Shown: piece by piece, positions 25,826-34,025 of the stretch
Layout of the letters: each line of letters opens with the position of its first letter
How positions within the stretch are numbered: position 1 is the first letter of the stretch
IMG/VR virus record: IMGVR_UViG_3300048999_000192
Coordinates: 1-64,000 of that record
DNA from: a virus
Strand: one strand, 5' to 3'
Length of the DNA stretch: 64,000 bases
Notes under the pieces: generated by a model
Database searches by the model: none
Told to the model about the DNA's origin: nothing
The model's input: the letters and a program-made list of their open reading frames with translations, nothing else
Position numbers and translations under genes: made by a program

Positions 25826-26436
25826 CCGACGACGCCACGAAGCCCAAGATCGACCTCTCCCTGACCCAGATCGTCTCGGCCGCCCTGGTGACCGCCACCA
25901 CGACGGTGGCGGCCTCCTACTTCGGCACGACCGGGGGCATGATCGGCGCGATGGGGATGAGTGCGCTGTCCACGGTCGCCAGCGCCCTGTACAAGCACGG
26001 CCTGACCGTCATCCCGGCCCGGGTGAAGAACGGCAAGCTCATCCCGGCGGAGCGCCGGTGGAAGATGCCGCAGCTCAAGCGCCCGCAGTGGATCGCCCTC
26101 GGCGTGCTGGCCGCTGGCCTGTTCGCGGGGATCATCCTGCTGCAGACCGTCGTCGAGGCGGCGGCGGGCAAGCCGGTGGCCAACATCGTGCAGGGCACGC
26201 CCGGCCACGGCACCACCCTGGGCGGTGGCGGCAATGGGCCCGCCCCGTCCCCCTCACCGTCCGTGGAGCCCTCGCAGAGCTCTGGCCCCAGCACGACCCC
26301 GACGGCCGTCCCCCCGCCCGTCTCGACGCCCTCAGCGCCGTCTCTGCCCCGCGTGGTCCCCTCCTCGCCGGTGCCGATCCCCTCGCCCGACCTCCCGCAG
26401 GTGCCGGTGGCGCCGAGCGCGGGACCGACTGGATAG
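25822..26436 (+). CDS. membrane protein with Pro/Ser-rich tail
   Basis: IDLSLTQIVSAAL...SYFGTTGGMIGA hydrophobic segments, PSPS tail. Confidence 0.75.
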   Translation: MTDDATKPKIDLSLTQIVSAALVTATTTVAASYFGTTGGMIGAMGMSALSTVASALYKHGLTVIPARVKNGKLIPAERRWKMPQLKRPQWIALGVLAAGLFAGIILLQTVVEAAAGKPVANIVQGTPGHGTTLGGGGNGPAPSPSPSVEPSQSSGPSTTPTAVPPPVSTPSAPSLPRVVPSSPVPIPSPDLPQVPVAPSAGPTG

Positions 26437-26443
26437 GAGCTCC

Positions 26444-26542
26444 ATGGCCAAGCTCGTATGGAAATGCGGGATGTGCGGGTTCTGGAACCCCGTCGTCTCC
26501 CTCTGGTGCCTGCGGTGCAAGGCCTTCCGGGGGAGGGGCTGA
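26444..26542 (+). CDS. 32-aa RanBP2/NZF-type zinc finger
   Basis: AGGAG RBS; W-x-C-x2-C-x3-N-x6-C-x2-C exact pattern. Confidence 0.7.
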   Translation: MAKLVWKCGMCGFWNPVVSLWCLRCKAFRGRG

Positions 26543-27465
26543 TGGATGAGAAGGTCCTGCTCGTGGACGGGGACAACATCCTCATCCGCGCGGTGAAGGC
26601 GGTCGAGTACGGCCGCTCCAGCATGACGGCCGCCGACGGCACCCCGACCGGTCCCCTTCTGATCTTCATCAACAGCCTGTCAAGGTACGTGTCAGAGGTG
26701 AAGCCCGACCGGATGGTGATCTGCTGGGACCACGGGCCGTGCCTGTGGCGGCGGGCGCTGTACTCCGGGTACAAGGCCTCCCGCTCCTACGTCGCCGACG
26801 TCGTGGACCCCGTCGGCCAGGAGCCGGAGCTGAAGACGATCTCCCGCGCGCTGGCCCGGGAGTACTGCACCTTCGCGGGGCTGTCCCACGTCGACCGGGC
26901 GGGCTGGGAGGCCGATGACCTGATCGGCGCGTACTGGCGGCTGCACAACCAGGCGCTGTGGGACCGGGTGACGATCCTGAGCAACGACAAGGACTTCATG
27001 CAGCTCCTGGACGCCCCGACCCGGCAGGTCCGGGTGTCCTCGGCCGACACCCCCACCGACGTCTGGGACGAGTTCAGGGTGGTGACCGAGCGCGGGTGCA
27101 CCCCGGAGCAGATCCCCTCGGTGATGGCGCTCACCGGCGACGCTTCGGACGGGGTGCCCGGAGTGCGAGGGATCGGCCCTAAGACGGCCGTCAAGCTCCT
27201 GAAGCAGGCAGGCTGGGACCTGGACCTCATCGACAGCCCCAGGGTCGCTCAGGAGCGCTCTGCGGTCCGCACGTACCGCAGGCTGGTCGACCTGCGGACC
27301 CCGCCGGTCGACCACAACGGCTTCTCGCTCGATGTGGCCCCCGTCTCACCCTTCCGCCCCACCTTGCCAGGAGATGTGATGTATGTTCATCTCACAGCAT
27401 TCCTGGAGCGCCTGGGGATGAACTCCGTCGTGGAGCGTATCCAGCAGGCGACGCTCTGGCGTTAG
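26542..27465 (+). CDS. 5'-3' exonuclease / flap endonuclease (Pol I N-terminal type)
   Basis: LLVDG, YKASR, EADDLIG, SNDKDFMQL, LTGDASDGVPGVRGIGPKTAVKLL. Confidence 0.92.
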   Translation: MDEKVLLVDGDNILIRAVKAVEYGRSSMTAADGTPTGPLLIFINSLSRYVSEVKPDRMVICWDHGPCLWRRALYSGYKASRSYVADVVDPVGQEPELKTISRALAREYCTFAGLSHVDRAGWEADDLIGAYWRLHNQALWDRVTILSNDKDFMQLLDAPTRQVRVSSADTPTDVWDEFRVVTERGCTPEQIPSVMALTGDASDGVPGVRGIGPKTAVKLLKQAGWDLDLIDSPRVAQERSAVRTYRRLVDLRTPPVDHNGFSLDVAPVSPFRPTLPGDVMYVHLTAFLERLGMNSVVERIQQATLWR

Positions 27466-27700
27466 TCACCAGGCTTTCTATGGAGTAACTGGCCAATCCC
27501 TGCCAGCGGTTATGCTTGACCATCCCCCGAGGCCCCTCGTACGCTCTCGTCGAGTCGTCTTCAGGGTGCAACACCCCAAGGATTTTATTTTCTTGACGAA
27601 TAAGGCTTCCCCGCCCTTTCTTCGTCGTGGCCCGGCGGACGAGGGGGCGGGGCTCTCTCCCCGTCGGAGGAAGGTGACACGCGGTATGGAGGTCCCCCGG

Positions 27701-28012
27701 ATGGGCTCATCGGTCTCGGCGAAAGCCATGGCCAGGGCTGCGGTGGAGAAAAAACGGCTCATCTTCAATATCACCGGCGACTGGTCCGTCTGCGGATATC
27801 TAGTCGGGATGGACGACTTTCATTGGGTCGTCGCGGAGCTTGATGGATCCGACTCTCCCATCATCAATCTCGTGCACAAGTCGATTCCCGTCGTGACGTT
27901 CACGGCATTCACTCTCCAGAGTGAGGCTGAAAAGTTCCGTCAGAACGTGGAAAAGATCGGAAAATCATTCTGGGATAGCTGCAACAAGCAATATCTCGGA
28001 CGCAATTCATAG
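27701..28012 (+). CDS. hypothetical protein
   Basis: GGAGG RBS; AT-richer codons than neighbours. Confidence 0.6.
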   Translation: MGSSVSAKAMARAAVEKKRLIFNITGDWSVCGYLVGMDDFHWVVAELDGSDSPIINLVHKSIPVVTFTAFTLQSEAEKFRQNVEKIGKSFWDSCNKQYLGRNS

Positions 28013-28020
28013 GGGGAACG

Positions 28021-28407
28021 TTGCAGTATTTCGCAGCCCAGACCACTACCACCGTCCGGGAGCGCACGCCGGACGTCCGCGAGACCGTCAAGGTCACTCC
28101 CCTGAGCGAGAGCGCCTCCCATCTGCTGGTCGGCACCGAGTCGTGGGGCTGGTCCGAGCTGAGGGACTACGTCATCCGTGAGATCGAGGCCCGCCATGGC
28201 AAGCAGGCCCGCGACCCCCGCCGGGAGAAGGGCACCTTCTCCAGCTTCCTCACCCGCTTCCCCGACGGGCAGGCCGTCCGTATCGCCCGCGCCGCCTTCG
28301 AGATCTATGACGGCTGGTGGGCCAACGCCCCGATCAGCGTGAACCGCTTCTGTAAGGGCTCCGACGAGTATTTCGCGGCCCCCATCCTGGCCAAGCTGGA
28401 GAGGTGA
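28021..28407 (+). CDS. hypothetical protein upstream of helicase loader
   Basis: TTG start with purine-rich RBS; position is typical of an initiator or loader partner (inference). Confidence 0.65.
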   Translation: MQYFAAQTTTTVRERTPDVRETVKVTPLSESASHLLVGTESWGWSELRDYVIREIEARHGKQARDPRREKGTFSSFLTRFPDGQAVRIARAAFEIYDGWWANAPISVNRFCKGSDEYFAAPILAKLER

Positions 28408-29255
28408 CCATGAGCGACTCGGCCGCCAGCGAGCCGCGTTATCTGGAGCCCAACCCCCAGGTCGTCATGCCGCTGAGCACCAACGACTGGAACCGGCTGC
28501 AGGAGACCCACTCGGGCCTTTGGATGCATCCCGAGGCCTCATGCCTGACGTGTGAAAAGCAGGGGGAATTTCTGACGGTCCGGGACGGGCAGGACGTCCT
28601 GATGCAGTGCGACTGCACTGAGCAGTGGCTGCTGCACATGTGGCTGCTGAACGCCGGGATCGGCCTGGCCTACCAGCGCCTGGGATGGGAGCAGGCCGAC
28701 GGGGTGACCGAGGAGACCCTGATCCCCATCGACGGCTACCTGAGCGACGTCGATGTGCTCTCCGGCATCGGGCACGGCCTGACGCTGTGGGGGCCGCCCG
28801 GCACCGGCAAGACCCTCCTGCTCACCCTGATCCAGCGCAAGCTGATCGCGCTCGGCTTCGACACCTACTTCGTCCTGTTCAATCAGCTCGTCAATCTCCA
28901 CACGGCGGGCTGGCGCGACGACGGGGCCCGACGGTACTTCGAGCGCCGGGTGATGAACGCCGAGCACCTGTTCATCGACGACATGGGCAAGGAGAACTCC
29001 AACCGGGGGGAGATCGTCGGCTCCCTGGTGGACGAGATCCTCCGGCACCGGATCCAGCACGGCCGTACGACGTTCGTTTCGGCCAACCTCTCGCCCGAGA
29101 CGATGGAGGACCGGTACTACACCGGCACCCTCGGCCTCTTCCAGGAGGTGAACCGGATCATCGAGATCCAGGGCAGCAGCTATCGCGACCACCGCCGTGA
29201 GGTCATGGCCAACCAGGCCCGGCGCGGCATCCGGTACCCGGTGGTGATCGGGTGA
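28404..29255 (+). CDS. DnaC/IstB-like helicase loader ATPase
   Basis: CLTC..CDC Zn motif, GPPGTGKT, LFIDDMGKE, R..TTFVSAN. Confidence 0.88.
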   Translation: MTMSDSAASEPRYLEPNPQVVMPLSTNDWNRLQETHSGLWMHPEASCLTCEKQGEFLTVRDGQDVLMQCDCTEQWLLHMWLLNAGIGLAYQRLGWEQADGVTEETLIPIDGYLSDVDVLSGIGHGLTLWGPPGTGKTLLLTLIQRKLIALGFDTYFVLFNQLVNLHTAGWRDDGARRYFERRVMNAEHLFIDDMGKENSNRGEIVGSLVDEILRHRIQHGRTTFVSANLSPETMEDRYYTGTLGLFQEVNRIIEIQGSSYRDHRREVMANQARRGIRYPVVIG

Positions 29256-30559
29256 TCCACGCCGAGCGCGTCCTGCTCTCCCTGCTCGACGACGTCGAGG
29301 CGCTGGAACGAATCGCCCGCTCCGGCTTCGACCCGGCAGTGATGCCGACCCAGCCGCTGCGCCGGATCGTCACCTGGGCGCTGGAGGAGTTCCACCGTAC
29401 GAAGTGCCTGCAGGCCCCCTCCCGCGAGGCCCTCATGGCCTCCTGGACCCAGTCCCTGGAGGACGCCGAGTACGAGCTGATCGAGGAGGGCTACGAGGCC
29501 GACTCGATCGACTGGGCCATGGAGTGGCTCAACTCCAACTACCTGCACGCCCAGTGGCAGGCGCTGGTGAAGAAGTCCGCGCCCGCCGTGGCCAAGGCCG
29601 CCCCCTCCGAGCGGGTCGAGCTGGTCCAGGACTTCGTCAGCGACTTCGTCCAGCTCTCTTTCCAGGTGGGCGACCAGACCCATCAGGTGACCGTCGGCGA
29701 GGGCATGCGGCGGATCATGCAGACCTACGAGCGCCGTAAGGCGGGCACCGGCGGCGTCGGCCTGAAGCTGGGCTACGAGGAGATCGACCAGCACACCGGC
29801 GGCGTCCAGGACGGGGAGCTGGCCATCATGGCGGCCGGACCGAAGCAGGGGAAGAGCTACCAGCTCGCCCGCAGCGCCCTGACCGAGTTCGAGGCCGGGG
29901 CCTGTGTGGCTCTGTACACCCTGGAGAACTCCGTGGACATGACCATGGAGCGGGTCATCTGTATGGCTGCCAACGTCGACTACCGGCGCTGGCAGCGCGG
30001 GCAGGCGACCGAGGATGAGGAGCTGCGGGTCCAGCTCTACTGGGACGAGCGGATCAAGGGCAACGAGGACCGCTTCAACATCATCCATCCCCTGCCCGGG
30101 GAGTCGACCCCGGCGGCGATGGTGAAGCGGGCGCACGTCCTGGGGGCCGACCGGCTCTACATCGACCAGCTCACCTTCATCGAGCACCCGAACCCGGCGC
30201 GCAAGCCGCGCCACGAGATCATCCGCGACATCCTGCACGAGCTGAAGTCGCTGATCTCCGCCGGGAGCTCCCCTCTCCCCTGCCTGCTGGCTCACCAGAT
30301 CAACCGCGAGGGCGTGAAGAAGGCCGAGCAGAGCGACTCCCTGGAGATGTGGATGATGGCCGAGAGCTCCGAGGTGGAGCGCACGGCCGACTGGGTCTTC
30401 GGCCTCTACGCCAGCCAGATGGAGCGGATCGGCGGCATGGCCAAGCTCCAGATCCTGGCCTCGCGCCGGGAGACCCTGAAGAACTGGCGGATCACCTGGC
30501 GGCCGGGCGTGCGCGAGAGCGTCGTGCGCTCGGAGTTCACCGCGACGGGAGCATCATGA
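29252..30559 (+). CDS. dnaB: DnaB-like replicative helicase
   Basis: GGVQDGELAIMAAGPKQGKS, YTLEN, YIDQL, HQINR, VERTADWV. Confidence 0.9.
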   Translation: MIHAERVLLSLLDDVEALERIARSGFDPAVMPTQPLRRIVTWALEEFHRTKCLQAPSREALMASWTQSLEDAEYELIEEGYEADSIDWAMEWLNSNYLHAQWQALVKKSAPAVAKAAPSERVELVQDFVSDFVQLSFQVGDQTHQVTVGEGMRRIMQTYERRKAGTGGVGLKLGYEEIDQHTGGVQDGELAIMAAGPKQGKSYQLARSALTEFEAGACVALYTLENSVDMTMERVICMAANVDYRRWQRGQATEDEELRVQLYWDERIKGNEDRFNIIHPLPGESTPAAMVKRAHVLGADRLYIDQLTFIEHPNPARKPRHEIIRDILHELKSLISAGSSPLPCLLAHQINREGVKKAEQSDSLEMWMMAESSEVERTADWVFGLYASQMERIGGMAKLQILASRRETLKNWRITWRPGVRESVVRSEFTATGAS

Positions 30560-30867
30560 CCGACACCCCCACCGAACGTCCCTCACCCCCGGCCGCGAAC
30601 GTCGGGGGTGAGGTGACCCCTCCTGATCTACCCGCGCACAATGCCTACACGGCCTGCCCGAAGTGCGGCACCACGCTGATCGAGCACCACAAGATGCGGT
30701 ACCACGAGGCGGCCATGCCTTTGGACCTGGGCCGGGACATGCAGCATCAGGAGAGCTGCGCCCGGATGGCCTCCCTGGGCACCCACGTCGGCGAGCACCT
30801 GTGCCACCTGTGCGACGTGTGCGGGCACGGCTGGGTCTCCCAGATCGCGGAGCCCGCCGATGGATAA
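30556..30867 (+). CDS. Zn-ribbon protein
   Basis: CPKCG...EHLCHLCDVCGHGW. Confidence 0.7.
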   Translation: MTDTPTERPSPPAANVGGEVTPPDLPAHNAYTACPKCGTTLIEHHKMRYHEAAMPLDLGRDMQHQESCARMASLGTHVGEHLCHLCDVCGHGWVSQIAEPADG

Positions 30868-31951
30868 CCCCTTCGGCACCGGCACGCCGCCGGTCAGCGG
30901 CCCGTTCGAGGCGGGCATGCTCCCCCGTGCGCAGAAGGAGCAGCTCTGCCGGGACCTGCTGGTCGAATTCGGGGCCGAGCGCATCTCCGTCGGCGGCCGG
31001 GAGCGTGACGAGCTCGTGCACGGCTGCCTGGTCACCGCCTACCACCGGGATCAGCGCCGCAGTCCGACGGCCGCCCTGAACTTCGACAAGCTCACCTACA
31101 ACTGCTTCGGCTGCGGGGCCTCCGGCGGCCTGCTGTGGCTCATCGCCACCTGCCGTAAGAGCACCAGCGAGCAGGCCCTGGGCTGGCTGTCCAAGCAGAC
31201 CGGCACCGGCGGCCACACCACCGACGCCGAGACGCTCCTGGCCTTCCTGGAGGCGGTCTTCGCCGACAAGGCCAAGCCGCCGCCGATCCCCACGTACTCC
31301 CCGCGCGTGCTGGAGCCGTGGCTGGCCATCCACCCCTATCTCACCGACGGGGCGCCCGATCTCGGCCTGAAGGGCCGCTACCTGCCCGAGACGACGATCG
31401 AGCGCTTCAAGCTCGGCTGGGATCCCGAGGCCGACCGCATCGTCCTGCCGCACTTCTGGAAGGGCAAGCTGGTCGGCTGGCAGACCCGCCGGATCTGGAG
31501 TGATGGCAGCCCGAAGTACCTGAGCTCGCCGGACTTCCCCAAGGACCGGACCATCTTCAACGCCGACGACCCGATGATCGCCAAGCACGGGTATGCCGTG
31601 GTCGTCGAGTCGATGATGACCGTCTACGCCCACGCGCACGAGTGGCCGGTGGTGGCGACCTTCGGGGCCGAGCTCACCGAAGCCCAGCTCCGGCTGCTGC
31701 AGGGCCTCCCGGCCGTGATCACGTTCTTCGACAATGACGAGGCAGGCTGGAAAGCGACGGAGCTCGTACGCGACCAGCTCGACGGCCGGGGGCCGCTGGT
31801 CTACTGCGTGGAGAGCCCCTACACCAAGCGGACCGACGGCGGCGACTTGTCAACCGATGAGTTCGGGATGATGGTTGATCAATCCGTTTACGGCTCGACC
31901 TGGCAGCGGCCGGACGAGCTGGACCTGATCGAATACCAGGAGGCAGCATGA
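30860..31951 (+). CDS. dnaG: DNA primase (CHC2 Zn finger plus TOPRIM)
   Basis: C..H...YNCFGCGASG, KYLSSP, VVVES, FFDNDEAG. Confidence 0.9.
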   Translation: MDNPFGTGTPPVSGPFEAGMLPRAQKEQLCRDLLVEFGAERISVGGRERDELVHGCLVTAYHRDQRRSPTAALNFDKLTYNCFGCGASGGLLWLIATCRKSTSEQALGWLSKQTGTGGHTTDAETLLAFLEAVFADKAKPPPIPTYSPRVLEPWLAIHPYLTDGAPDLGLKGRYLPETTIERFKLGWDPEADRIVLPHFWKGKLVGWQTRRIWSDGSPKYLSSPDFPKDRTIFNADDPMIAKHGYAVVVESMMTVYAHAHEWPVVATFGAELTEAQLRLLQGLPAVITFFDNDEAGWKATELVRDQLDGRGPLVYCVESPYTKRTDGGDLSTDEFGMMVDQSVYGSTWQRPDELDLIEYQEAA

Positions 31952-32103
31952 GCTTCAGGAAGCATGGCAGCGCCGACGGCAAGGTGACCGGCACCGAGGG
32001 GCCCGTCACCAAGACGGCCGCCGCCGACCAGCCCTGGACGCCGGAGGACGATGACGAGCTCGCCAAGGAGAGCTCGCGCGGCGAGACCGCCGACGAGGAG
32101 TAG
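31948..32103 (+). CDS. small acidic protein
   Basis: Not in ORF track; GGAGG RBS, ATGA overlap. Confidence 0.55.
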   Translation: MSFRKHGSADGKVTGTEGPVTKTAAADQPWTPEDDDELAKESSRGETADEE

Positions 32104-32106
32104 CGC

Positions 32107-32967
32107 ATGGGCTTCCGGGAGTCGCTCGATCTGAGCGTCATCGTCAAGGACTACGAGGCCTTCGGGGGCACGGCACCGCGTCCGGCGACAGCGATCCCCA
32201 TCCCCGAGGAAGCCTCTCCGATCCCGAGGCACCCGGTGGCCTATGGCCTGCGGGGGACGCTGGCGGCCAGCTCCTGCATGGGGCTGGCGCCGTTCCGTCC
32301 GATCGTCTGGGACACCAACGGCTACTACCGTGCCCTCGGTGTGCGCACCGACGCGACCAGGAAGGAGCTCAGGGAGGCCTACCAGGCCTGCAGGGGCGAT
32401 GAGAGCGTCTGGGTGACCTACGCCTTCAGCCAGCTCCTGAACGAGGCCGTGCGGCGCTCCTATGACGCCACGCCGCTCGGTGAGCTGTTCCTGGACGAGT
32501 ACGTCGAGGCCGACATGAAGAAGCGGGCCGCAGCCGAGGCGGGCCGCCGTACGGCCGAGGCGGGCGAGCCGATCAAGGCCGAGACCGTTCTGGGCGAATG
32601 GGGCTATGACCTCATCCCGGATGAAACCTCATCCGAGTCGGGTGAACTGGAACAGCTTGACAACCCGCCCCCGCCCAAGCAGGATTGGCGCTACCAAGAA
32701 ATCTGGGGGTGGGGGTACTACCTCTGGAGGACGCGGGACTTCGACATCTTCCAGCTCCGGGACTGGCAGTCCCTGCTTGTCGCAGAACTGTCGGCACGGG
32801 GATGTAGCGTCCGGTTCGCAGTCGGGATCGGCGGTGAGATCGAAGGGGGAGTGGGCTTCAACTACGGGGATCATTTTGTTTTCTTCATCCCCGCGCTGAC
32901 CCTCCCGACCGAGGAGATGGCCTTTCAGGTCGTCGAGCATTTCCTCAAAGCGACCCAAAGCGACTAA
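32107..32967 (+). CDS. protein with degenerate J-domain
   Basis: YYRALGVRTDATRKELREAY...AFSQLLNEAVRRSYD but no HPD. Confidence 0.6.
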   Translation: MGFRESLDLSVIVKDYEAFGGTAPRPATAIPIPEEASPIPRHPVAYGLRGTLAASSCMGLAPFRPIVWDTNGYYRALGVRTDATRKELREAYQACRGDESVWVTYAFSQLLNEAVRRSYDATPLGELFLDEYVEADMKKRAAAEAGRRTAEAGEPIKAETVLGEWGYDLIPDETSSESGELEQLDNPPPPKQDWRYQEIWGWGYYLWRTRDFDIFQLRDWQSLLVAELSARGCSVRFAVGIGGEIEGGVGFNYGDHFVFFIPALTLPTEEMAFQVVEHFLKATQSD

Positions 32968-32997
32968 AAGCGAACAACGAGCGAAAGCGAACCGCAC

Positions 32998-33957
32998 ATG
33001 ACGGAAATGCCCTTCGGCACCGGTGGTGACGAGGCTGAGGAGGCTGGCCGGTCGAGTTTCGACAAGGTCAGGTACTTCTCCCTGAAGAACAAGGGTGACC
33101 AGGCGATCATCCGCATGCTCACCGAGCAGAACGTGTGGCCCTACACCCAGCAGCACGGGTTCGTCCCGACGAAGGCCGCCCCCTCCGATCTCAAGGAGGG
33201 CGTGAAGTGGCCCAAGACGATGCCCGCCATCTGCCGGAACGACCCCAAGCTGGTGAAGAACCTCCCCGGGTTCGGTGACTGCTACATCGACTCCGCGCCC
33301 GAGTACCAGGGCAAGAACGAGTGGGGCAAGGTCATCAGCAAGACCACCGTCAAGGTGTGGGCGCTCTGCGTCATGCGTGAGTACGTTCTGGACTCCGAAG
33401 GCAACAAGATCGGCCTGCGGGACAAGACGGTCGAGATCACCGACAAGGACGGCAACACCAAGTCGGTCCTGGACATCCAGGTGATCAACATGTCCACGAA
33501 GAACTTCTTCGGGCATTTCACCGGGATGTACCACGTCTACGGCACGGTCCGCGACCGCGACTACGTCGTGACCCGCAAGGGCGAGAAGAAGGACGTCGAC
33601 TACCCGCCGGTGCCGCTCGACAAGGTCGAGATCGTCAACGAGGACGGCACCAAGTTCTTCCACCAGCCGGGTGCCCCGACGTGGAAGGTCTACGAGGACT
33701 CGATGGCCGAGCAGGGCATCGACCTGGTGAAGACCATGCTGGAGCGCTGCTCGACCGAGTACTTCAGCAAGTTCTTCGTCCCCGGCGAGGGCGAGACCCC
33801 CGCGCAGGTGGCCGAGGGCAGTGGCGAGACCGAGGCGGCCGACGAGGCTCCCAAGCCCTCCCAGGAGCGCCTGGCCAGCATCCGTGACCGCATCCGCAGT
33901 CACGGCGGCAAGGGTGAGACCGAGGACGCGGCCGAAGAGGCCCCGGCCGAGGCCTGA
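32998..33957 (+). CDS. single-stranded DNA-binding protein (gp32-like, inferred)
   Basis: YFSLK..IIRML N-terminus, DYVVTRKG..DY, acidic C-tail, position just before polymerase. Confidence 0.6.
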   Translation: MTEMPFGTGGDEAEEAGRSSFDKVRYFSLKNKGDQAIIRMLTEQNVWPYTQQHGFVPTKAAPSDLKEGVKWPKTMPAICRNDPKLVKNLPGFGDCYIDSAPEYQGKNEWGKVISKTTVKVWALCVMREYVLDSEGNKIGLRDKTVEITDKDGNTKSVLDIQVINMSTKNFFGHFTGMYHVYGTVRDRDYVVTRKGEKKDVDYPPVPLDKVEIVNEDGTKFFHQPGAPTWKVYEDSMAEQGIDLVKTMLERCSTEYFSKFFVPGEGETPAQVAEGSGETEAADEAPKPSQERLASIRDRIRSHGGKGETEDAAEEAPAEA

Positions 33958-34025
33958 TCAGGTAGCGCGCGACGCCCCGCTGGCTCTGTCGAGTCGGCGG
34001 GGCGTCGTCGCCCGATGGGAGTCGC

